From the NCBI GenBank assembly GCA_963820525.1, contig CAWGAA010000003.1, positions 32,001 to 96,000 on the forward strand: a stretch of DNA of 64,000 nucleotides, read 5' to 3'. Below the pieces are notes generated by a model. That model searched no databases, was not told where the DNA came from, and was given only the letters and a program-made list of their open reading frames with translations. Below, piece after piece: positions 1 through 8,986 of this stretch; positions within the stretch are counted from its first letter, which is position 1; each line of letters starts with the position of its first letter. The translations under genes and the position numbers were made by a program. This DNA comes from an uncultured Spirochaetota bacterium (GTDB taxonomy: Bacteria; Spirochaetota; Spirochaetia; SZUA-6; Fen-1364).

Positions 1-1
1 C

Positions 2-499
2 ATCAGACGGGAAAAGGTCTATTCAATTCGCTTCATGGAGGATCGCCGGGCCTGGATCCAGCTGGAGTGCGATGAGTGTCTGACCGCAATCCTCCATTGC
101 GTCCACAACCAGGACCGCTTCATCTACCTGATGCGGACTCTGGCCCACCTCGGATTCGCCCAGATTGGCGAGGTCTTGGGCCTCCAGGAAGCGGCTGCCC
201 GCCAGAGCTACAATCGCGCCCGGCGAAAAATCGGCAATTTCCTGAGCTCGCAATGCCTGCTCTACAATCCCGACGGCAATTGCCGCTGCCGCATGAAGGC
301 CCCCATCAAGAAGAATTACAAAGCGTCCGAGTACCGCAAGGTAAGGGAGCTTTCTCGCCGCATCATGTTCATGGAAGCGGCTGAAACCTTCAACCCTCCC
401 AAGGAGTACTGGCGCGGGCTTCTCGGCATGGCCGCGCCCGAACCCTGCAAGAGCAGCGCCGGCTCGAGTAAAAACCCTGCGGCGGTCTGTCACGATTGA
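2..499 (+). CDS. ECF-type RNA polymerase sigma factor, C-terminal part (5' end outside window), Cys-rich
   Basis: Frame is open from base 2. Region-4-like HTH (GFAQIGEVLGLQEAAARQSYNRARRKI) is followed by CLLYNPDGNCRC. Confidence 0.7.
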   Translation: MRREKVYSIRFMEDRRAWIQLECDECLTAILHCVHNQDRFIYLMRTLAHLGFAQIGEVLGLQEAAARQSYNRARRKIGNFLSSQCLLYNPDGNCRCRMKAPIKKNYKASEYRKVRELSRRIMFMEAAETFNPPKEYWRGLLGMAAPEPCKSSAGSSKNPAAVCHD

Positions 500-541
500 C
501 TCACGGTCGGCCACCAAACACGGCAGAGGAGGAAAATCGCC

Positions 542-967
542 ATGCCCGATCTGAACCTGGTCGCCCCGTGCGGCCTCGACTGCGCCAATTGCGAGCTTTT
601 CATCCCGAACAATCGAACCGATGTCTGGCAGCGCGCCGCCGCAAGATTGAACAAGAAGCCCGAGGACGTAGCCTGCAAAGGCTGCCGTGCCAACAACGGC
701 TGCACGGTCCACATGGATTGCGCCACCCTGGCATGCGTTGCGAAGAAAGGCTTGATCTTCTGCAGCGAGTGCGAGGAGTTCCCCTGCTCCCGTCTCATGC
801 CCGCCGCTGACGGGGCGAGATTCTACCCCCACAATTACAAGCTCTACAATCTCTGCCGCATCAGGCTTCTGGGGCTGGAAAGATTCCTGGAAGAAGCCCC
901 GATCATCCGCAAGCGTTACTTCCATGGCAAGTTCGTCGTCGGCTTGGGCCCTCAGGATCCGCAATGA
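542..967 (+). CDS. DUF3795-like Cys-rich protein
   Basis: APCGLDCANC...CKGC...C...C...FCSECEEFPC pattern; GAGGAGG RBS upstream. Confidence 0.8.
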   Translation: MPDLNLVAPCGLDCANCELFIPNNRTDVWQRAAARLNKKPEDVACKGCRANNGCTVHMDCATLACVAKKGLIFCSECEEFPCSRLMPAADGARFYPHNYKLYNLCRIRLLGLERFLEEAPIIRKRYFHGKFVVGLGPQDPQ

Positions 968-1028
968 TGCGCCGCGGCCCGCCGCCCTGCTGTCCCTGCC
1001 GCGCGCCATGGACACCGCGGCGGCGTTT

Positions 1029-1084
1029 CAAGCAGGCGCTCGGCTTAGGGATTTCCGAGGCGGCAAGCAGGCGCTCGGCTTAGG
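1029..1084. repeat. 21-bp direct repeat CAAGCAGGCGCTCGGCTTAGG, two copies
   Basis: Exact copies at 1029-1049 and 1064-1084; partial copy TCAAGCAGGCTCTCG at 1881-1895. Confidence 0.85.
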
Positions 1085-1130
1085 CTCGGGTATGCTGCCG
1101 CTATCCAAGCGCCGGCGGTACTGGTAAGAT

Positions 1131-1538
1131 ATGGCCGCAATGCCCAACAGGTGTCAGGATTGGCTTGACCAGGCTGTAAGGAACCTCGAGCAAGCGGAAG
1201 CGTCTCGGAAGGATGACCGGCACGAGTGGGCGTGTTTCGCCGCCCAGCAGGCCGCGGAGCTTGCCGTGAAAGCCCTCCATCTCTGGCACGGACAGGAAGC
1301 GTGGGGCCATACAGTTGCCCGGCTGCTCGCAGACCTTCCGCAGCCCGCGCCGCGGGAACTCATGGAGAGGTCGAAAGTGTTGGACAATTTCTACGTTCCC
1401 ACGCGCTATCCGAACAGCCATCCCGAGGGTGCACCCTTCCACCATTACGGAGAGTACCAGAGCGGGGAGGCGATCCGCTATGCCGGTGAGATCATTGACT
1501 ACGTCCGTGCTCGCATGGCCGAAAAAAGAGAAGGTTGA
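1131..1538 (+). CDS. HEPN domain protein (HEPN-MNT pair)
   Basis: WLDQA..LEQA; WACFAAQQAAELAVKA; WGHTV; YVPTRYPNSH (RX4H). Confidence 0.88.
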   Translation: MAAMPNRCQDWLDQAVRNLEQAEASRKDDRHEWACFAAQQAAELAVKALHLWHGQEAWGHTVARLLADLPQPAPRELMERSKVLDNFYVPTRYPNSHPEGAPFHHYGEYQSGEAIRYAGEIIDYVRARMAEKREG

Positions 1539-1866
1539 TTCCTCGCTTCGGGTCTGGGCGCGCGGCTGTGCCAGATCCCTTCGCGAGCTCCTGGCCATCG
1601 GATACATCGGCTCCTACGCCAGGGGGGATTGGGGCGTGGGCAGCGACATAGACCTGATCGCTATCCTTGAAAAAAGCGATATTCCCTTTGAAAACAGGCC
1701 TCTCGCCTTCGACACGACCTCCCTGCCGGTACCCGCCGATATGCTTGTGTACACGCGTGAGGAGCTTTCTGCGGTCATGAGCCGAGGCGGACGTTTTGCG
1801 GCTACGTTGCAGCGGGAAATGCAATGGGTGTGGCAGCGCTCCGACTTCCGGGGTTTACCGGACTGA
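1480..1866 (+). CDS. Minimal nucleotidyltransferase (MNT)
   Basis: GSYARGDWGVGSDID (GSX10DXD). ATG at 1480 follows GGGGAGG and overlaps the HEPN 3' end. Confidence 0.85.
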   Translation: MPVRSLTTSVLAWPKKEKVDSSLRVWARGCARSLRELLAIGYIGSYARGDWGVGSDIDLIAILEKSDIPFENRPLAFDTTSLPVPADMLVYTREELSAVMSRGGRFAATLQREMQWVWQRSDFRGLPD

Positions 1867-2081
1867 CTCCACGAAAGTCCTCAAGCAGGCTCTCGCCGCG
1901 CATCCGTTCTCGTCATTTGATGCGCCGGGACTGGGAACCAGGGTGAGCGCTGCCGCCGCAAGAATGATTATGGCGGCGACTCGCAGGATGGATGCTATCC
2001 TTTGAACGTCCAATTTGAGGGTGGCGAATGTTTAGCAGGCTCCTTCTCACCACAGTACTCGCGCTGCTTCTCGGAGCGTTC

Positions 2082-2235
2082 CTCCCGCCGCAATAGAGAA
2101 TGGCAGCATGACCCTGATCTCCCTGTTCACTCCGGAGGGGCTGGTAAAGGTGGTCGCACCGTGAAGTTCAAAGCCATGTAGGCGCTTGCCGCGGGAAAGA
2201 AGAGGTAGCAGGCGGCAATCAGGAAAGGGTCCATG
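2082..2235 (-). pseudogene. hgcA: Fragment of the hgcA 3' region (last TM segments)
   Basis: Aligns with 28212-28366 (7 substitutions and a 1-nt deletion by manual count). Confidence 0.9.
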
Positions 2236-2528
2236 AAAGATCGGCGTTGAGGTCGATGTCGAGCCCATCGCGCTCAGCGTAGACGCGGCGATCGCCTGTG
2301 GGCTGATCCTTGGTGCATGCCGAATCCCCCGGCGCCGTCGTCATAGCGGTGAGCGATGACGGCCGCGGGCTTCCACCCGGCCTTGATTTCCGCAACTCCC
2401 CGTCCCCCGGGCTTCAAATCGTCAACATCATGGTTCGTAGACTAAATGGGACGATATCGCTCGGGGAGGGCGAGGGAACGAGTTTCAGGATCGCCTTCCC
2501 CGAGGAGACTGACGGCGCCACTGCGTGA
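2236..2528 (+). pseudogene. Remnant of a sensor histidine kinase C-terminus (HATPase_c)
   Basis: KIGVEVDVEPIALSVDAAIACGLI continues in another frame as VSDDGRGLP...GLQIV...GTSFRIAFP; N-box and N-terminus are absent. Confidence 0.7.
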
Positions 2529-2570
2529 ACCGGCCCGCGGGCTGCCGTCATCCACTCAGTCGCCGGAGGC

Positions 2571-4744
2571 TTAGGGCGGGAGCATCCAGTTGCCGTAATC
2601 CGTTCCCAGCCACACGGTTCCGTCATGAGGGCTTACCGTGATTGCCCACACGGTCAAGTCCGGCCCAAGATTGGCGCTGATGTTATCCCAGCTCTCGCCC
2701 GAGTCGGTCGAGCGGAAGATTCCCCGGGCAATGCCGTGCCACACCTCCATTTGACCTGCATAGATCGTCTGGGGCCGGGTAGGGTCCACGGCGATCCAAC
2801 GGAAGCAGAGGTCGCCGAAGAAATTCCTCTCAGGCCATTACCATTACGGTCGTCGCGCACCGTCCATCCGGCGCCGTCGAATATCCAGACTCCTGCGTCA
2901 CCGGCCGCATAGAGACGGTTGGGATCTCCCGGGTCCACATCCACCTCGCCGAGCGCACCGCTGATTCTGCCCGGCAGGGGTGTCCACGTGTCTCCCTGGT
3001 CGGAGGAACGAAGCACCTGCCACTCCCAGCCTCTCGCGTCCTTTTGAACGGCGGCAAACACCACATCCCCATCGCTCGCGAGCATTGCCTTGATCGGATA
3101 CTGCAGCGTGGTCCACGTCCTGCCGCCGTCGCGGGAGCGCAGGCTGTCGTTCACGCGGCCCGCGTACACGATGTTCGGCTTTTGAGGGTGAAAGGCGAGG
3201 AACACGTAATAGCCCACGCTGTCTTTCTGAACCTGCCAGGTGCGGCAGTCGTCTTCGGTCGTACAAATGACCTGCTCGTTCCAACTCCCGACCACGCCGA
3301 TGAGCTTACGGGAACCGGGTGTGGGATCGTATGCGCCGACATTCATCGTAAATGCGCTGGTCCAGCCCTTGATCTGATATTGGCGCGGGGGCGGGCAGTA
3401 GCTAAAGGTGTCCCCGCCATCGGTCGTCAACGTGGTGCCGTAATCAAGGTGGAAGAAAACCATCTTCTTCGGGTCGTCGGGACGGAATGCGATCGAGGTG
3501 CGGCCAAGACGCCGGAAACCGCTGATTCCATCGGATGAATACGTCCAATTCCTTCCGCCATCCGTGGTTTTCCGCACGGACATCAGCACTTGGAACGCGA
3601 TATTGGGGTCCGAGGGGTGGGCCACGATCGGTTCGACCCAATAGTGCTCGGCGCTCGAGGGGTTGTCTGAAAAACAGCGCTCACGAGACTGGACGTGATG
3701 CCAGCTCGCTCCGCCATCGTCCGACCAGCACGGGAATCTCTCCCCGCCGGCCCAATTCGCATCCGCATAGAGCCGCAGTGGATTCACCGGGCTGGAGCAG
3801 ATGCATGCCCAACACGCCGTGGCATCCCAATCCAGGATTCCGTTCATCCGTTTCTGGAAGCTCCGCCCCCCGTCGCCGGATCGCCAGATGCCGCCGGTTC
3901 CCGCGGCCACGGTGAGAACCTCCGGGTCCTTTGCATTGACCGTGATCCCGAGGATCGGGACGGATGCGGGCAGGTTTCCGCCGATCCGCGCGAATGATTC
4001 CCCCGCGTCGTCGCTGCGGAACAAGCCCGTATCCGCCGCCACGAACAGCAGCCTGTGGTTCATCGGGTGCAGGACGACCGCATTGATGATCGTATCGGCA
4101 AGCCCTAGCGATCGCCAGGTGCTGCCCGCATCCGTCGTCACGAGCAGGCCGTCGCCGTGCGTCGCAGCATAGACGGTGCGGTGCTGCGTCCCGTCGAAGC
4201 TATCCGGATCGAAGGCAAAAAACTCGTTCTGCGCCTTGTTGATGTTCTTGGTCAGGAAACCGGCGTTGTGGAGCAGAGCCCAGCTTTCCCCGCCGTCTAT
4301 GCTGCGGTAGATGCCGTCGGCCACGGGGTCGCGATAATCGGCGGGATTGTCGGATCCCCGCATGCCGGCCGCCCAGAGGATGTACGGGCTGGCCGGATCG
4401 AAGGCCACTGACTGCACCCCATTGGACATGATGCCGCTTCGCTTGGGCTTCCAGGAGCGGCCGCCGTCGGTGGAGAGGTACACCGCGGCCGTGTCGATGC
4501 TCACGGCAAGGCAGCTTGGATCGGCGGCGCAGATGGCAATCGACTGCGCCATCTGTCCCATCTCCCCGCCGGCATAGCCCTTGGCCTTCTGAGCGGCCGT
4601 CCGCATCGGAACGCGAACCCAGGGGAAATCGGCGGTGCCTGGTGCTTGCTGAACGGGGGAATTGATCTGTGTTGTCGGAGCGCTCGTGCAGCTCACGATG
4701 ATGACAACAGAGAGAAGGATCAATGCAGAAGCGTTATTTTTCAT
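2571..4744 (-). pseudogene. Lipoprotein with BNR/Asp-box beta-propeller repeats (VPS10/GH74-like); frameshift near 2825
   Basis: Lipobox-like IIVSC and many S-x-D-G-G-x-S/T-W repeats; the C-terminal repeats continue in ORF 2571-2789 in another frame. The frameshift may be a sequencing error. Confidence 0.7.
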
Positions 4745-4978
4745 TTGGACATTTCCCTCCTTGATGATCAGCTATTATTCGATAGCTGAAATAAAAGCCG
4801 AGGACTGAAGGTGATGAGTTCGGTCGAACCGGCTCCCACTTTCATGCCGAGGCCATTTCTGCCTCCGAATAGCCCCGAGTTGCCGAATGGAGGCGACGCA
4901 TAAACGTGAGAATATTACCCTACATCCCGGAAGCCTCTACCGGACAAGTGTAGGTCAGCAACCGTTTTGGGCAGACTC

Positions 4979-6103
4979 TCAGAAAGAAAAGAACTTTGCT
5001 AGGGTTCCGTTACCGCTGACCCACCCCTGGGCGCCCTGGTATCCTGTTCGGGCTACGATATGATAGTTGGGAGAACCAAGAAGTTTCTTCATCAGTTCCA
5101 AAGGGAAAGCCGCTTCAGAGGATGAGCCTTTCATGGCGCAGTTTAGTGTTTTACTGACTTCACTCCAATTCTTTCCGTTGGTGTCCATCCTGCCAATCTG
5201 GGCAAGCCAACGGTTGGCCGCCTGTGGGTTGCTGTCTAAAAAGATCTGGATAACAAGCCAACTTCTCGCGGATTTCACGTCGAGGCCGTATGAGGGATAT
5301 TTATGGCTCGTATCGAAATTGTTGGGATGGAAAAATGAGCTCGGTGTCGTGTCCTTGATGCCAAATCTCATGTAGAACTTGTCCGAGTCAACCGCCAGAT
5401 AGACTTTATCGATACTCAAGCTACCCGTCTTAGCGGAGAAAGAATTGGAAAACGCGGGCGGAACGCCATTCCAATCATCGAAATTGCCATCGATCGTGAT
5501 TGAAGCTTTCGGCAGTGAATCATAACTCGACAATTCTTGCTTCACTACCGCCTGCGGCTGGGCGACAGTCGGCGCCTTTGCCTCCACTGTTATTGACTCC
5601 CCGGGTTGCGCGGCTTCGCTGGTGCTTCGTGTCCCGGCGGCGAGCTTGCTCCCTACCCGCTGCGCGATCTTCATGGTAACCGACGCTTTGCCCTCCTCCT
5701 CATCCGAGGCCTGCCCCGTAATCTCCCCGGTCTTTACGTCAATCATTTTTGCGGTTACGAAGTAGGCCCCGCTCACGACGGAGACCTGCGCCACAACTAC
5801 ATAGGCGGCGCCCAGCCTCGTGTTGAGCTGCTCTCCCGCCTTCTTGATCTCAGCATCGCTCACGAGGCCCGACATTTGAAACTCAATCTCCTTCAGGCTT
5901 TGGCCGACTGTTGTCCTGTCCAATACTATATACTTTCCCGATTCCACCAGCTGTTCGCTGATCTTTTCCGTAACCACGACCGACACGCTCTTCTCCACGT
6001 CCTTGGGAAGAAGGGTGTCCAGCACGGCGACTTTCGGCAGTTGTGCGAAAGCGACAATCGATATAAAAAAGAAGAACACGAGAGGGAAGCGTTTTAATTT
6101 CAT
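4979..6103 (-). CDS. Secreted protein: CsgG/TolB-N-like domain plus C-terminal DOMON/CBM9-like domain
   Basis: Signal peptide; KVAVLD...LDRTTV..LKEIEFQMSGLV...AKMIDVKTGEI; ITIDGNFDDW...VYLAVDSDKFYM. Confidence 0.6.
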   Translation of the reverse strand: MKLKRFPLVFFFFISIVAFAQLPKVAVLDTLLPKDVEKSVSVVVTEKISEQLVESGKYIVLDRTTVGQSLKEIEFQMSGLVSDAEIKKAGEQLNTRLGAAYVVVAQVSVVSGAYFVTAKMIDVKTGEITGQASDEEEGKASVTMKIAQRVGSKLAAGTRSTSEAAQPGESITVEAKAPTVAQPQAVVKQELSSYDSLPKASITIDGNFDDWNGVPPAFSNSFSAKTGSLSIDKVYLAVDSDKFYMRFGIKDTTPSSFFHPNNFDTSHKYPSYGLDVKSARSWLVIQIFLDSNPQAANRWLAQIGRMDTNGKNWSEVSKTLNCAMKGSSSEAAFPLELMKKLLGSPNYHIVARTGYQGAQGWVSGNGTLAKFFSF

Positions 6104-6409
6104 GGGTTACTCCATTACGGCCTTGCCCAAGTTTTCCATGAGGGCCATGAGCACAGTGACGCTCATCAGACGCTGCTAGTATACACTCCCTGTCAATCGC
6201 CTTCATCGCCCATGTTCGCCGGTCTTCTGAAAGTGCTGTCACCGAGTCTTTCAAACCTCACGTAAATCGCTGCACGTTTCCGCTGTCGGGCCGAACGACG
6301 AGATGCGGCTCGCTGCCGAGACATTTCTCGGCTCGCGAAAAGGGTTCATAAGCGTCAAAGGCACGGCCGAAGCGATGGCCCTTCCGTCGGCATAGCGGGC
6401 AGCGCGCCC

Positions 6410-6825
6410 TCAATTACAGCAGCCGCTCTTCGCTCCACTGCCCCCGCCGCAGTCAGAGGCCGCGGCCGTGCTATTGCCGTCGGCCGACCCGGCCTTGCCT
6501 GCTGCTTGGCCGGCCTCTCCGCATCCGCCTGCCCCTGCCGCTCCCCTGCTCTCCCCACCGCACCCACAAGAGGGCTCTCTGCCGGTAAGGGCGCCGTTGA
6601 TGATCGCCGCGGCGCAACCTACGCCGCTTTTCACCTTTTATGGCTCCAAAGCGGCAGTTGGCTTCGCAGGCGCCGCACTCCATGCACAGGTCGCGGTCGG
6701 TGAGCAGGGCCTTGCCGCCGTTCACCCTATCGGAGTCCGGCATGAACACGCCGTGGGGGCACACCTCCCAGCAGCGGCCGCAGCCCGTGCACGCGGCCGG
6801 ATCGTAGGTCAGGGTCACAACGATC
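6410..6825 (-). pseudogene. hgcB: Second hgcB copy: 5'-truncated, +1 frameshift near 6635, fused to an istA fragment
   Basis: CTGCGRCWEVCPHGVF, CMECGACEANC, GVGCAAAII and terminal GCCN; highly similar to 27737-28145. Confidence 0.9.
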
Positions 6826-7202
6826 ATGGCCTCGCCATACAATCGCGCAATCTCCCCCTCGCTGGGAATCTCCGTGCGCACATCCAGCCAGCCTTCCCGA
6901 AGTGCGAGGTCCCGGACGGCCCGGATAACCGTCTTATGTCGACCCGTGTCCCGATGGATGGCTTTTACCGACTGGCCGAGCCGAAGCCGCTGCACGATCT
7001 CCCGTAGCTCCACCATTTGTACCCTCCTTGGCATGTTCCCCTCCCTGCGCCGATGGATGATGAGATCCATCATGGCATAGGGGGTCGTTATTCCTGCCGA
7101 GAGGGGGGGTCGCCAAACGTGCCGACCGGGGGGTCGTTTTACTTGACGGGGAGGGGGTCGCTATAAATGACGGACTGGGGTCGTTTACTATGCCGGTTTA
7201 CA
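6826..7202 (-). mobile_element. istA: IS21-family left end with truncated istA (HTH only)
   Basis: MPRRVQMVELREIVQRLRLGQSVKAIHRDTGRHKTVIR; terminus TGTAAACCGGCA at 7202; GGGGTCG repeats at 23-25 bp spacing. Confidence 0.8.
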
Positions 7203-7232
7203 CCAGGGGGTCGCTTACAATGCCGATTTACA
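7203..7232 (-). mobile_element. Isolated second IS21-type terminal repeat
   Basis: TGTAAATCGGCATTGTAAGCGACCCCC is similar to the end at 7202 and in the same orientation. Confidence 0.65.
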
Positions 7233-7470
7233 TGGGCGGGCTGCGGTATCATTCCACGTCCGATTCGCTGTAGGCTCGCCGCGTGCGTCTGTGGCGTCCT
7301 CCTGGTCTGTTGTTTTTCACCAACTCAACTAAACCAGATGAGGACGCCTCTTTTCTATCCTCAATTGTGCGAAAGAAAATATACGTTATCGAGCTGAATG
7401 TTGGCGCAGACCAAATCAATAACAAGAAATGCCATTCAGCGAATTGGCCTACTTTTTCAGCGATCCCTGA

Positions 7471-8796
7471 CTAATAGTCTTTGCCGAGAACCGCCGGTGG
7501 AATCTTACCATGCAACTTGAACCAGCGGATTGGGTTGTCCCTCAGTAGCCACTTGCCAACACTGAAAGCCCTTTCTTCGGTCATGGACTTCTCCATTACC
7601 TTGTCAGCAAGCACCTTCGCGATGTTCTCTCTCGCCATCACTGCGTGTCCGTAGCTTCCTTCAATGAAAATGAAATCTCCTCCAAAACCATGGATCTTGT
7701 TTGCCGGAATAGCATCCAGAAAATCGCTCAAGGCCCGACGCCCCGCAGCAGGATTGATGACCCACATCCAACAGAAATCCACTGTTACATTGGGAAAGTT
7801 CTTGGCCAATGTCACCAGCTCCTCCTGGTAGGGGTAGCTTATGTGGTAAATATCGAAGCGCACCTTTGGGTACTTGAAGAATAGGTTTGCCAGCAGTGTT
7901 GCCCTCGAGTTGCCGATAGTATTCCCGTTTCCCTCCTGTAAGCCCGTATGGAACTTCACCGTAAGGTCTTCCCTCGCACATTGCTGCAAGCTGAAATGAA
8001 CAAGATAGTCCTGAACCGCCCGCAACTCATCAATCGAAGGTAGACCAATGTTGCGCTCCCAGGCTGCATTCAAGAGGCGATTGAATATGGGCTCGATCTC
8101 CGACCGGGAGCGATCGGGAAACGCAATCGGCCGGAAATACGCCAGCGGGATCTTTAGCGCAGCAGCTTGCGATGCGTACGCCCTGAAACGCTCTTCAATG
8201 GATTCCAGGTAGTCGTCGAGGCAAAGTATTTCCCGCCCCCAGTGATCCTGCCAGCCCACCTCTTGTATCATTAGATGAGGAGAGAGCAAGTCCTGTATGA
8301 ATAGGCTGCGATCATAGTCCGGCGTCCACATTCGAGGGATAGGCCCAAGCCTGTCAAGACGGTTCCATAAAGCTATTGCTATCCCGGCTTTATTGAACGC
8401 CTCACGGTAGAATCCTGGCCTTCGTCGTTCATTCATTAGTTTTGACAACGGCTCTACCGTATTCTCGTTCAAGCCCTCCAACCCGTATAAGTCGCGGACA
8501 GCAAGTTCGAGGCAACGCCCGTATCCCGTTCCCCGCACGAAACCCCAGTAGGGTTCGATCAGCTTCCACTTCTCCCGTGGGCTCAATGTGTGGTCAGTCT
8601 GAACCTTCTCGACATCCTCCAAAGGGCAGCCAGCAGAGACGAGGTCACAATTTGCATAATGGACAAAAAGTCGCCCGAAGTCGACGCGCTGAGCGCACAG
8701 CTCTTCCTCTGTGTCCAGGTGTTCGTGCGTATCGATAATGCGTACGCTATCCAGATACTTTCGTATTTCCCCTTCAAGCCCTCTATCCGTAGGCAT
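7471..8796 (-). CDS. Amidohydrolase-superfamily protein (amidohydro_2/uronate-isomerase-like)
   Basis: IIDTHEH, KFHTG, DIYH, VDFCW, KIHGFGGD metal-binding motifs. Confidence 0.8.
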   Translation of the reverse strand: MPTDRGLEGEIRKYLDSVRIIDTHEHLDTEEELCAQRVDFGRLFVHYANCDLVSAGCPLEDVEKVQTDHTLSPREKWKLIEPYWGFVRGTGYGRCLELAVRDLYGLEGLNENTVEPLSKLMNERRRPGFYREAFNKAGIAIALWNRLDRLGPIPRMWTPDYDRSLFIQDLLSPHLMIQEVGWQDHWGREILCLDDYLESIEERFRAYASQAAALKIPLAYFRPIAFPDRSRSEIEPIFNRLLNAAWERNIGLPSIDELRAVQDYLVHFSLQQCAREDLTVKFHTGLQEGNGNTIGNSRATLLANLFFKYPKVRFDIYHISYPYQEELVTLAKNFPNVTVDFCWMWVINPAAGRRALSDFLDAIPANKIHGFGGDFIFIEGSYGHAVMARENIAKVLADKVMEKSMTEERAFSVGKWLLRDNPIRWFKLHGKIPPAVLGKDY

Positions 8797-8986
8797 AGCG
8801 ACCTCCAGTAATTATTGTAACCTCTCGAGCCCGCTCAAAGCACAGCTCAGCATCCGCGGAGAAAATGCACCACCTCGAAATTCGTAAATAGAGAATTCAC
8901 CTATCCTTTCCTACCCGATCTGAATTCATTCAGCGCTACGACCGCGCTTGCGGCGCTCCCTATTATCAGAATTTGATATGTCCGTT

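Noticed and set aside
1029..1084. 21-bp repeat pair as a mini-CRISPR
   Set aside because: Only two copies with a 14-bp spacer and no cas genes.
4745..4978. Riboswitch in the hairpin-rich leader of the BNR lipoprotein gene
   Set aside because: Hairpins are present but I recognise no conserved aptamer motif; an Rfam/Infernal scan would decide.
7081..7232. Regularly spaced GGGGTCG repeats as a CRISPR array or iterons
   Set aside because: The repeats are short, period ~24 bp, end in TGT termini next to istA, and no cas or rep genes are present; they are IS21 terminal repeats.
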